Shown piece by piece: positions 18,761 to 27,489 of a stretch of 49,740 nucleotides of DNA. The DNA is from Candidatus Woesearchaeota archaeon (GTDB lineage: Archaea > Nanobdellota > Nanobdellia > Woesearchaeales > CG1-02-33-12), in contig JAGYOA010000001.1 of the NCBI GenBank assembly GCA_018399355.1, positions 1-49,740 of the forward strand, read 5' to 3'. A model generated the notes under the pieces. The model saw only the letters and a list, made by a program, of their open reading frames with translations, had not been told where the DNA came from and searched no databases. The translations under genes were made by a program, and so were the position numbers. Positions within the stretch are counted from its first letter, which is position 1. Every line of letters starts with the position of its first letter.

Positions 18761-19780
18761 TTAAGAAAAACTGCCCCATGCTGTGACATTAACTGCTTCA
18801 TTAAGAACATTATATCTTGCAACATGGTAGGCATCAAGCTTGAATGGATATGTTTCATTTGTTATTCCGGTAATATTATAAAGCTTTTCTCCGTACATAG
18901 TTCCAGAGTCGCATGCATCGCTCCAAAAGCAGAAGTCGACATAGCTTTTATCTTCAACTTTTTTGCATAATGTCTCATTTACAAATGATTCTATACCGCA
19001 GCATTCTGAAAATTCTGTTGAATTAAAAAACCTGAATAAGTAGCTTGATGCATTTGGTTCATACATGTATGTTCCGCTGTTAGCATGAATCCTTAATGTA
19101 TCCACATTCCATTCAGTTGAGTTAAAGGGTGTTGCATTTATTTTCCTATGTGCTGGGCTGGTCGGATTAACTAAGAATAAAGGATCATTAAAATCTCTTA
19201 AGTCTAAGAATATTGTAAATGTTTTTGTTCTGTTCCAATATGCAACATCTGCATCAACTGAATATTCTAAGGTTAAGTTAATTCCAATATACCAAGGTCC
19301 TGTATCATTTGTTTGAAAAATATCCACTTCAATATCCTCTTTTTTAAAATCTGTTCTTAGATTAAAAAAATTTTTAGATGCTTGTTCTATTCTGTTTAAC
19401 CTATATTCAAAAGTGTTTCCATTCATCAAGCTTATACCATATCCTTCATAAAGTTTTAATCCTTTTATTGAACCGTTAATAAGCACTTCCTTAAATGTAT
19501 CATTAAGTTCTTTCTCGTTTTCAAGAAAATTTCTATTTCTTTCAATATATAACAGAATTGAATTAAGAGCATTATGGCTCGATGTTTGAAGAGAAGCCTT
19601 AATATAAGATTGCTCTAAATTTCTTACAAAGTTACTCGATGTCTTAACTCTGGATGATATAGTAGGAACCCTGTTTTTCGATGTAAAATTTTCGTTGGAT
19701 GAGAACGCAATGATTAAAACGCTTACAACAAGAACTGCTATCAAGGTGAAGAACACTCCTTTTTTTCCTTTTATTGCCAT
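18761..19780 (-). CDS. Large minor pilin-like protein (class III signal peptide)
   Basis: MAIKGKKG|VFFTLIAVLVV with SD GAGGTGA. Many N-glycosylation sequons and C-terminal Cys (CCGIES). Confidence 0.8.
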   Translation of the reverse strand: MAIKGKKGVFFTLIAVLVVSVLIIAFSSNENFTSKNRVPTISSRVKTSSNFVRNLEQSYIKASLQTSSHNALNSILLYIERNRNFLENEKELNDTFKEVLINGSIKGLKLYEGYGISLMNGNTFEYRLNRIEQASKNFFNLRTDFKKEDIEVDIFQTNDTGPWYIGINLTLEYSVDADVAYWNRTKTFTIFLDLRDFNDPLFLVNPTSPAHRKINATPFNSTEWNVDTLRIHANSGTYMYEPNASSYLFRFFNSTEFSECCGIESFVNETLCKKVEDKSYVDFCFWSDACDSGTMYGEKLYNITGITNETYPFKLDAYHVARYNVLNEAVNVTAWGSFS

Positions 19781-20283
19781 GTTCTCACCTCTGCAAGGTA
19801 TGGTCCCCACATAGTTGAATTATCTAACTGCCCAAATATTAAATTTTTGTATGATATAATCAGTTCTGAATCTTCTACGGTTCTCTTATCGCTTGTGTAA
19901 TTAAACAGTACATGATTTGTTGTATTTATAATTAAGATCTGGAAATTGTATGTAGATGGAATAACTCTTATGAAAACTTTTTCTGTAAAATTTGTTGCTG
20001 TTTCATTCATTTCTCGATAACAAAATTCTCCTATTTGTTGCAATACTGTATTTTCAAATCTTGTTATATTTCCATTTTCTATAAGCTCATTTAAATAAGA
20101 ATTATCACTTAATTCATAAATCTTGACAGAATATGTTGTTCCTATAACATCCTGGGATAGAACTGATGTTTGCATTTCATATGGTTTGTTTGACCTTGCA
20201 AAAAGAACCAAAGCAATTCCAATTACTATTATACTTGTTGCAATAAATGAATCCAATGTAAAAAAATAGCCTCTTTTTTTCAT
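19771..20283 (-). CDS. Minor pilin-like protein (class III signal peptide)
   Basis: MKKRG|YFFTLD followed by a hydrophobic helix. Ends in AEVRTWQ. Confidence 0.82.
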   Translation of the reverse strand: MKKRGYFFTLDSFIATSIIVIGIALVLFARSNKPYEMQTSVLSQDVIGTTYSVKIYELSDNSYLNELIENGNITRFENTVLQQIGEFCYREMNETATNFTEKVFIRVIPSTYNFQILIINTTNHVLFNYTSDKRTVEDSELIISYKNLIFGQLDNSTMWGPYLAEVRTWQ

Positions 20284-20333
20284 TGTGTAATTTGATTTAA
20301 CAGCTTATATTTAATTGTTTGTAGTTACAAAAA

Positions 20334-20672
20334 TTACCTACATTCTCTTGCTATTCCATCATAACCAAAGCAGTACATTCCGTTTATTTTTAAAGGCTTT
20401 CCTTGCTCATCCTCAAAATAAATCAGAAATTCTTGATCCATTCCTGTCTCCTTTCTCAGCTCTTTATAATCTTTGTTCATAATAATTTCCAGCGATTGCT
20501 CATCAATTTCCTCTCCATTAACCAAACTGTGAACTATGTTATTTATCTCTGATTTAGCTTTATAGTTATTGTAAGCTGATGAAATAAAAAATATTGTTAA
20601 AAAAACTAATAGAATTACAATAATAAATTTTGCTTCATTTCCTTTTTTTTTGTTTGATTTTTTGATTTTCAA
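20334..20672 (-). CDS. Small pilin-like membrane protein, paralogue of 22085..22513
   Basis: Basic N-terminus KKKG plus TM. YKELRKETG..FEDEQG is shared with 22085..22513. Confidence 0.7.
   Translation of the reverse strand: MKIKKSNKKKGNEAKFIIVILLVFLTIFFISSAYNNYKAKSEINNIVHSLVNGEEIDEQSLEIIMNKDYKELRKETGMDQEFLIYFEDEQGKPLKINGMYCFGYDGIARECR
20398..20419. repeat. 22-bp exact direct repeat, copy 1
   Basis: TTTCCTTGCTCATCCTCAAAAT, identical at 22164-22185. Confidence 0.85.
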
Positions 20673-20681
20673 CCACTTTTT

Positions 20682-22007
20682 TTAATTCCAAACATGTGTG
20701 ACCATTCTTACAATTCTTCCTCTCCAGAAAACAAGTCTTGTTATTGTTACAACATTTTTTGCGTCATCAGGAATCTTAACAATCATGTTTTTGCTATGTA
20801 AGTAAGGCTGTTGATTAACAGTGCCACAACATATAATCTTATGGGTTTCATTAAATGACTCTACAACCCCCACTACTCTATTATAATGAGTTGTGCATGC
20901 TTTTTTTGCTCTTTCATCTCCTGGATACTCTGAATAGAATTTGCATCCGTTTATTCCATCACAATCAGCATGGCATCTTGGTGTTACATCTGATTTTTTG
21001 CTGCAGTCTGACTGGCAGTCTATTATTTCTTCGATAATCGTAAAGTTAATTATAAAATCTGCTAGACCCATATCCAGGTAAAATGTAAAATTTTCATTAA
21101 CTTCATTGTATCCATCTTTATATACAACTATGTCATGTTTTCCTGGTGGCACATTTTCGATTATATATTCTCCAGTTTCATTAGTTACAAAGGTTAATGG
21201 TTGATCAGGATTATCAGGATCTTTGACTCCAATTATTTGCACAGTGGCTCCAGAAACAGGATTACCTGACTCATTTGTCACTATTCCTGTCACTATTGCA
21301 GTACAGAGCTTTTTTGCCAGATCAGCTAATTTTTCAGTGAAATCATCAAAGTTTTCAACATCAATATAGTCATCCTCATTTCCCGAGATATCTGATGAAA
21401 TTGCCTTCATGTTTGATACCTTGTCACTAGGTATGCCTATCCCAAGGGCAATTATTCTCACACCGCTATCATTGAGTTCTATAGCCCTTCCAACAGCAGC
21501 AGCAATAGCTTCAGATTCGGTAGCACTACTGCCTGCAGAACCAATCCTGTTAGGCATTCCATCTGAAGCAAATATAATCAAGTCAGGATTAGCAACCCTA
21601 TTCGGAAACTGTTCTCCTGCTACTTCAAGTGCATGTTGCCAATTAGTCCATCCACCACTCGCTATAGAATTTATCTTAGTTTTAAGGTTGTTTAGACTAG
21701 TAGTAAAATCCTGAACTAAAAACCCTTTGTTGTCAAAATCTACAACAGCTATCTGAGATGGAGTGTCTGGCAAAAAATGCTCAACAAATTCAATGGCAGC
21801 ATTTTTCATAAGGGGAATTTCTACAGTATCTTTAATACTTCCTGAGCTGTCAAGCACAAGCGCAATGTCTCCTCCGCAAAAACCCTCTGATTCAGCGCTA
21901 ACATTTAATGCCGATGTAATTAAAGCTATAAAGAAAATTACCATAAACTTAAGATTTTTTCTTCTGTTTTCAGAAAAATTTATTATCCTTAATCCTTTCT
22001 CAAACAT
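20682..22007 (-). CDS. Secreted vWA-domain protein with carboxypeptidase-regulatory-like and Cys-rich domains; putative pilus adhesin
   Basis: MIDAS LVLDSSGSI, GGWTNW, IFASDGMPN, then GIVTNESGNPVSGATV..TNETGEY and a Cys cluster. Confidence 0.85.
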   Translation of the reverse strand: MFEKGLRIINFSENRRKNLKFMVIFFIALITSALNVSAESEGFCGGDIALVLDSSGSIKDTVEIPLMKNAAIEFVEHFLPDTPSQIAVVDFDNKGFLVQDFTTSLNNLKTKINSIASGGWTNWQHALEVAGEQFPNRVANPDLIIFASDGMPNRIGSAGSSATESEAIAAAVGRAIELNDSGVRIIALGIGIPSDKVSNMKAISSDISGNEDDYIDVENFDDFTEKLADLAKKLCTAIVTGIVTNESGNPVSGATVQIIGVKDPDNPDQPLTFVTNETGEYIIENVPPGKHDIVVYKDGYNEVNENFTFYLDMGLADFIINFTIIEEIIDCQSDCSKKSDVTPRCHADCDGINGCKFYSEYPGDERAKKACTTHYNRVVGVVESFNETHKIICCGTVNQQPYLHSKNMIVKIPDDAKNVVTITRLVFWRGRIVRMVTHVWN

Positions 22008-22084
22008 CTTTTCTTATATATTTAGTTTATGTATATAAAATTTTTGTATCCATTAAAAAGTAGAAATTAAAGGATGGATAAGAT

Positions 22085-22513
22085 TTACTCCTCAACAGAT
22101 TCAGGGACCAAATCATAGTAACCTATTCCTGCTATATCATTTTCATCATCAATATAGATAAGATTTCCTTGCTCATCCTCAAAATGAATGTAAAAATCTC
22201 CTTTTATTCCAAGCTCTTTTCTAATCTCTTCATATCCTTCTTCTGTTTTTGATTTCTCAGCAAGGGTTCTTATATATTTATCATCTATTATCGTTCCTCC
22301 TGAAGAGGTTTCAAATGCATCAGGAGAGGTTTTATCCTCTGTTCTATTTGGAGAAATAATTCGTTCGGGTATCGACTCTGCTTCTTGTTTTAGCTTGCTT
22401 GTATCTGTTTCTTCTGAAGAGATGTTTATCACATAAAAAAAACTTATGACAACAACAATAAATATTAATATCGCAATCATGATGTCCAAAGACCATGTCT
22501 GTGCTTTTCTCAT
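22085..22513 (-). CDS. Minor pilin-like protein (class III signal peptide)
   Basis: MRKA|QTWSLD plus hydrophobic helix. SD GAGGTG supports the start at 22513. Confidence 0.82.
   Translation of the reverse strand: MRKAQTWSLDIMIAILIFIVVVISFFYVINISSEETDTSKLKQEAESIPERIISPNRTEDKTSPDAFETSSGGTIIDDKYIRTLAEKSKTEEGYEEIRKELGIKGDFYIHFEDEQGNLIYIDDENDIAGIGYYDLVPESVEE
22164..22185. repeat. 22-bp exact direct repeat, copy 2
   Basis: Identical to 20398-20419; both copies encode FEDEQG. Confidence 0.85.
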
Positions 22514-22526
22514 TATAACACCTCTT

Positions 22527-22955
22527 TTAAGAGCAAACATTAAGACATACAATACCATCCTTTTTAACTATTTCGTTTTCTCCATAGTAAACAACACCAA
22601 CAACATTCTTAGGCAGGATTGTTACAGTTTCATATGTTTCTGTAAAATCAACATATTCTAAAACAAGTTTAGAATAATTTGATTTAAGTTCTGTTGAATT
22701 TATAAGCTCAACTGAATAATTTATTCCTTTTAATTTAAATGGAATGTTAAATGTCCTTCTGTAACCATCCTCTACACCTGAGGCAAGAACAATCTCGCTT
22801 TCTATAACAGAGGTCATATCTTCTATTAGCAGCCTGTCTTTCTCATTTTGAACATCTACCATACGGTACGCAATTACAATCAAAAAAACATTAAAAACAA
22901 GGAACATGACTCCAACTAACAATGTAACCTCTATGGATGATTGCGCTTTTCTCAT
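22527..22955 (-). CDS. Minor pilin (class III signal peptide)
   Basis: MRKA|QSSIE with Q+1/E+5 and a hydrophobic helix. Confidence 0.85.
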   Translation of the reverse strand: MRKAQSSIEVTLLVGVMFLVFNVFLIVIAYRMVDVQNEKDRLLIEDMTSVIESEIVLASGVEDGYRRTFNIPFKLKGINYSVELINSTELKSNYSKLVLEYVDFTETYETVTILPKNVVGVVYYGENEIVKKDGIVCLNVCS

Positions 22956-23395
22956 CTTACCTCAATTAATACATTATCGCCTTTAGCACTTAATATAACT
23001 TTTTTTGATCCAGGAGAATAGCTTGACTGATTAAATCCATAACAAACCTTTGGACCGCCTAAATATTCATCTGAGGTTATATTAACCCTTGAACTAAAAG
23101 AAATTTCTGAGCCATCTTCAGTTAAAAAAACAAGATTCTGATTGCACCAGATTTCCATATTTTTAACTCCCTTGGGAATTGTCAAATCAAGAGTTGTTTT
23201 TGATTGTCCTCCAAGATAGTAAACATCTTCTGCTGCATCAATTATTTTTTTGCCCATATTATCAATCTGGCTTTTGGCAATTTCTTTTTCAGAGCTGTGG
23301 GAATAGCGGTAAAAAAGATAGATTGATGGGAGAATGACAAGCAAAACAAGTCCTGCAACCATAAGATATTCCATAGATGCTTGTGCTCTTGCCAT
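22952..23395 (-). CDS. Minor pilin (class III signal peptide)
   Basis: MARA|QASMEY with Q+1/E+5. Probable start at 23395. Confidence 0.85.
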   Translation of the reverse strand: MARAQASMEYLMVAGLVLLVILPSIYLFYRYSHSSEKEIAKSQIDNMGKKIIDAAEDVYYLGGQSKTTLDLTIPKGVKNMEIWCNQNLVFLTEDGSEISFSSRVNITSDEYLGGPKVCYGFNQSSYSPGSKKVILSAKGDNVLIEVR

Positions 23396-23499
23396 ATTAA
23401 AAAAAATCACTTAAAACTATATAAATCTTTGTGTCTACTCTAAAGTAAAATTAAATAAAGATTGATTAAAATAATTGATTAATTAAACAAAAGTCAATT

Positions 23500-23550
23500 A
23501 AAAAACCTGATAAAAATAAAAATTAATTAAAAATTAAAAAGAAAAAGGTA
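23500..23550 (-). terminator. U-rich putative archaeal terminator after the major pilin candidate
   Basis: Minus strand reads TTTTCTTTTTAATTTTT..TTTTTATTTTT directly after the stop codon. Confidence 0.4.
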
Positions 23551-23551
23551 A

Positions 23552-24079
23552 TTACTCTACTGTTGCCATTAATTCTCCCTTGATTGTGTGTTCAAAATCA
23601 GCACAATCAGTACCAGAGGTATCATCACAATATGTCATTGTAATTTCTCCTTTTATTTTACCATTGTACTCACTAACAGTACAACCATATGAATCATTTA
23701 TTTTAATTGTAGTACTTTCTCCATTTGAAATGTGCCTACCCTCTATATGATTGTATGCAGTGCCATCTGTTAAATCACCTGGATCTGAAATATTACAATT
23801 ATTAAAAACAGGATCACCTTCAATCTCTATGCTTCTGATGACTATGCCTGTACCCATACCATTTTCCAGCTTTAGGCTTACATAACTATCAGTTGCGCTA
23901 ACCAAATGATCCTTACAGTACAAACCCATTGGCAGGGTGCATTTTTCCGGCAGAAGGTTCTGCGGATTTAAAACACCAAAATATGCTAATGCTCCGATAA
24001 CAACCAAAACAACAAGGATTGCCCATCCATAGGTCATTAAGAATTCCATGGCAGCCTGTGCCTTTCTTTTTGTAACCAT
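23552..24079 (-). CDS. Probable major type IV pilin
   Basis: KRKA|QAAMEFLMTYGWAILVVLVVIGALAYFG. Has its own promoter, a strong SD and a downstream U-tract. Confidence 0.88.
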   Translation of the reverse strand: MVTKRKAQAAMEFLMTYGWAILVVLVVIGALAYFGVLNPQNLLPEKCTLPMGLYCKDHLVSATDSYVSLKLENGMGTGIVIRSIEIEGDPVFNNCNISDPGDLTDGTAYNHIEGRHISNGESTTIKINDSYGCTVSEYNGKIKGEITMTYCDDTSGTDCADFEHTIKGELMATVE

Positions 24080-24084
24080 TTTAT

Positions 24085-24149
24085 CTCCTCCTTTTTAATT
24101 AAAATTGATTATATCCTTTTAATTATCTATTTGTTATATAAAGTTTTCG
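24085..24149 (-). promoter_or_regulatory. BRE-TATA and strong SD of the pilin gene
   Basis: Minus strand CGAAAACTTTATATA (24149-24135) and GGAGGAG (24091-24085). Confidence 0.65.
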
Positions 24150-24156
24150 TTTTCAA

Positions 24157-25191
24157 CTAGCTGATTACAAGACCTCCGAAAACCTTTGAAAGCAAAAATA
24201 CAAGTATTGAATGAACTATAAGGGATATCGCCACAAAAACCGGGATGTATGCAACGCCTGCTTTTATGCTTCCTTTTCTTATCATAGACACTATCATAGA
24301 TGAGAAAACAGAAATTAAAACAAGGGCATACCTTGAAAAAGCAATAAAATCAGAAGGAGGTATTGAAATTTTTGAAACACTAAATGCTAGGTTTACTGCA
24401 GTGCTGCTTGTTTGCGTTGAGCCTATTTTGGTTATAAAACTTCCCAATATAATTAATAGCTGATATGAAAGAGCAAAAAGCCCTGGAGTAATAGTCATTA
24501 CAACAACCATTATAAATATAACATAAGTCATATTTGTTGTAGCCATCTCCTTCTTTAATGCCCTTGTTTCTGCAATATCCTCTATAACTCTATCAATTAG
24601 TTCTCCAACCTGACCTCCTCCTTTAAGCCCTTCAATTATAAGATTAAAAGACCTTTTAAGAATAGGAGAATCATATTTTCCAGTAAATTCCTGTACTGCC
24701 TCCTCTACTTCCTCTCCTGTCATAACTTTTTTAGCGGTTAAACTTATCTCTGTTCCAAGTACTCCAAACTCCGGCTTTATAGCCGACCAAAGTGCTTTTT
24801 CAAAAGCCATTCCTCCCTTAAGGTTTTCAGAAACAAATCTCAAAAAGTCCTCTAAAACTTCTTCCATCTGTGCTGTCCTGTTAAAAATCTTTAAATCAAG
24901 ATAAAAATATATAACACCAAATGAAAATAGTGCCACGAAAGAGGCTATCAAAAGCCCTGCAAAAAAAGAAAATAAGAATAACTTAAGACCTGAAAAAGAA
25001 GTTGCCAAAGGGGTGTAAGCATAACCAAAGAAAAGGAATATACTAAGTAAGACACATACATAAAAAAGTATACCAAAAGACCTATAAGGAACATCAAATA
25101 TTCCTGCTTTCGCAAGGTATTTTCTTAATCCTGGTCTGACTTTCTCAGGAATTATTGCCTTTCCAAATTCATTTAAAAAAAACAATCTCAT
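24157..25191 (-). CDS. T2SS F-family (TadB/TadC/ArlJ-like) pilus platform protein
   Basis: MEEVLEDFLRFVSENLKGGM, EFGVLGTEI, GGQVGELI and multiple TM helices. Confidence 0.9.
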   Translation of the reverse strand: MRLFFLNEFGKAIIPEKVRPGLRKYLAKAGIFDVPYRSFGILFYVCVLLSIFLFFGYAYTPLATSFSGLKLFLFSFFAGLLIASFVALFSFGVIYFYLDLKIFNRTAQMEEVLEDFLRFVSENLKGGMAFEKALWSAIKPEFGVLGTEISLTAKKVMTGEEVEEAVQEFTGKYDSPILKRSFNLIIEGLKGGGQVGELIDRVIEDIAETRALKKEMATTNMTYVIFIMVVVMTITPGLFALSYQLLIILGSFITKIGSTQTSSTAVNLAFSVSKISIPPSDFIAFSRYALVLISVFSSMIVSMIRKGSIKAGVAYIPVFVAISLIVHSILVFLLSKVFGGLVIS

Positions 25192-26000
25192 ATGTTCACC
25201 ATTGGTCTTGATGATTTAATTAATGATATGAAAAAAAACTGCACTACTCCAAGGAAAAAAAGCACTACAAAGAGGTGAATCATTGTTATCTCAAGCTCCA
25301 TAAAACTGGATAGTATAACAATCATTGTAATCCCAAGTGAAGGCATAACGCATGCAATTATCATATAAAACATGACCAAAGAGTTAAGCTTTTTTCCGTA
25401 TTCTTTTATCTCTATTATCTGGTCTTCTGTTATCTGTTTTAGTGTTGCTTTTAATGGGTTAACTACCTCTGCTCCTGTTTTGAGGGCTGTTATTATCTGC
25501 CAAATTATTTTATTAAAGCTTTTAGAAGCATTATACTTTCTTGCTTTCTCAAGAGCTTCCTCTATTGGTGTTCCAGTGCTTATATCATCTACTATTTCCT
25601 TAAAGAATCTTCCTGCAATTCCATATCCTTTTGAAGCATCAATAAGGGCATTAAAAAGAGGAGTTCCTGACTCAAGCTTTACCAAAAGATATCTTCCAGC
25701 AAACAAAACTTCTTTGTTTATTTCACGTTCCCTCTTTCTTATGTAAACCTTAGGAGTGTTTAAAACAAAAAAGAAAATAAAAATTAAAGTAAATAAAAAA
25801 ATAAAGGGAAGTGTCAAAAAAGAACCCCTTTGGCTTTCTATGATTACAAAAGAAAAAAAGGTTACTGCAATTGCAGATGAAAAAGAGAGCAGTATTGACC
25901 TTTTAACAAGCTGTTTAGGAGTTATATTTATGTGAGCAATCTTTATATCCTCCCTTATTCTAGGGAATGCTCTTACTATGATATTAACTAAATCTATTAT
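25188..26000 (-). CDS. Second T2SS F-family platform protein; probable ATA start
   Basis: LESGTPLFNAL, GTPIEEAL, IKEYGKKLN. The frame is open 61 codons beyond the tracked TTG to ATA at 26000, preceded by an in-frame TAA and GAGGCGG. Confidence 0.85.
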   Translation of the reverse strand: MIDLVNIIVRAFPRIREDIKIAHINITPKQLVKRSILLSFSSAIAVTFFSFVIIESQRGSFLTLPFIFLFTLIFIFFFVLNTPKVYIRKREREINKEVLFAGRYLLVKLESGTPLFNALIDASKGYGIAGRFFKEIVDDISTGTPIEEALEKARKYNASKSFNKIIWQIITALKTGAEVVNPLKATLKQITEDQIIEIKEYGKKLNSLVMFYMIIACVMPSLGITMIVILSSFMELEITMIHLFVVLFFLGVVQFFFISLIKSSRPMVNI

Positions 26001-26012
26001 TTATACCGCCTC

Positions 26013-27470
26013 TTAATGTTTTAATTTTTTCATGTAATACCTTGCAAATATCAATCCAACCTGGTGGATATTGCTTATATTATTTTTTACAAGCCATTTA
26101 AGGATATTTATTTTTTCGTTGATATCTTTTCTTATCTCATCTGGAGTCAATCCTGTATAAAGGTTTATTGTTTCTATTAAAACCTTTGACTCGCTTATTT
26201 GATTCATCTCATCTTTCTGGGCATTAAGCTGTAAAATAACATTTGGCTCTCCGCTTGGAAGTATTTCTGCTATTTGAAGTGTTCTTCTCTTGCCAACACG
26301 CCTATCTCTATGCTGTACAACTATCATTGAAAGTGCAGGAAGCATCATTTTTGGAAGGTTTATTGGCTCGTTTGTCATTCTCACTACAGTTTCGTGGGCG
26401 TTGTTCGCATGTAATGTTCCATAAACTGAATGTCCTGTATGCATTGCCTCAAAAAGAACCTCTGCTTCTCTCTTCCTTCTGATTTCTCCAACAACAATTC
26501 TATCCGGCCTCATTCTAAGCGAATTAACCAATAAATCAAGCATTGTAACCTCTCCCTTGCCTTCTGGATTAGGCAGCCTTGTTTCCAATGGCACCCAGTG
26601 AAGTGAGTCAGGAAGAGTAAGCTCTCTTGTATCCTCAATAGATATTATTCTCTGGTTTGGAGGAAAAAAGTTTGTTATGACATTAAGCATAGATGTTTTT
26701 CCAGAGCCTGTTCCGCCTGTGATAAGGATAGAAAGCTCGTTCTGCACTGCAAGCCATATCAATGCTGCAGCATAATATGAAATGGTATTAGTTCTTAAAA
26801 AATCAGTAATTGTCCATGGCTTTTCAGCAAACTTTCTTATGGATATTGTGTTACCCATAGTAGAGATAGGAGTTAATGTTGCATTAACTCTGTCTCCTGT
26901 TGTCAGGCTTGCATCCATCAAGGGATTCAAGAGAGTTATTTCTTTTCCGACATCCCTTCCAATCATAGTTGAGTAATGTCTTATCTTTGATTCTGACTGT
27001 ATGAATATATTTGTCTTAAGCCAACCATGCTTCCTGTGGTAAATCCAGACAGGCTCTCTTGCGCTGTTTACAACTATATCCTCAAGATTATCATCTCTAA
27101 GAAGTATCTCAATATTTCCAAGTCCAATATTCTCCTGTATAAGGTAATTTAAAAGAAGGTCGGCTGTTTTTTTGTCTATTTTAGGAAAATACTTTTTAAT
27201 AAGAACCATTATCTCTTTGCTAAACTTATTTTTTATATCTGTTGGATTTATGGTATCCTTAAGCTTAACATCAGATATGTTTATCTTGGAAACAAATTCA
27301 TCTCTTATCTTATGCAAGATTATGTCTGTTATCTTGCTTATATTCATAATAGAAACACTATATGTTGGAACAAAGTCATTTCTCTTGAGATATATCTCAA
27401 CATTAATTTCAATATTATTTACTGTAAGCTTATAAGAGTCTATTTTTAATTTTTCTTTTTTTTCTTCCAA
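26013..27470 (-). CDS. Type IV pilus/secretion assembly ATPase (TadA/CpaF/VirB11 family)
   Basis: Walker A GGTGSGKT, Asp box SIEDTREL, LRMRPDRIVVGEIR and His box TGHSVYGTLHA. TTG start with SD GAGGTG. Confidence 0.95.
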   Translation of the reverse strand: MEEKKEKLKIDSYKLTVNNIEINVEIYLKRNDFVPTYSVSIMNISKITDIILHKIRDEFVSKINISDVKLKDTINPTDIKNKFSKEIMVLIKKYFPKIDKKTADLLLNYLIQENIGLGNIEILLRDDNLEDIVVNSAREPVWIYHRKHGWLKTNIFIQSESKIRHYSTMIGRDVGKEITLLNPLMDASLTTGDRVNATLTPISTMGNTISIRKFAEKPWTITDFLRTNTISYYAAALIWLAVQNELSILITGGTGSGKTSMLNVITNFFPPNQRIISIEDTRELTLPDSLHWVPLETRLPNPEGKGEVTMLDLLVNSLRMRPDRIVVGEIRRKREAEVLFEAMHTGHSVYGTLHANNAHETVVRMTNEPINLPKMMLPALSMIVVQHRDRRVGKRRTLQIAEILPSGEPNVILQLNAQKDEMNQISESKVLIETINLYTGLTPDEIRKDINEKINILKWLVKNNISNIHQVGLIFARYYMKKLKH

Positions 27471-27489
27471 ATAAACACCTCTTTTATTT

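Noticed and set aside
18760..18858. Long overlaps implied by the ORF track (also 3957-4052, 19781-19810, 22514-22558)
   Set aside because: Downstream ATGs, with SD or TATA support where visible, remove the overlaps and give sensible N-termini.
18761..27470. Archaellum (motility) operon
   Set aside because: No archaellin-like N-terminus and no adjacent ArlH/F/G. Two short platform genes and QxxxE pilins fit a pilus.
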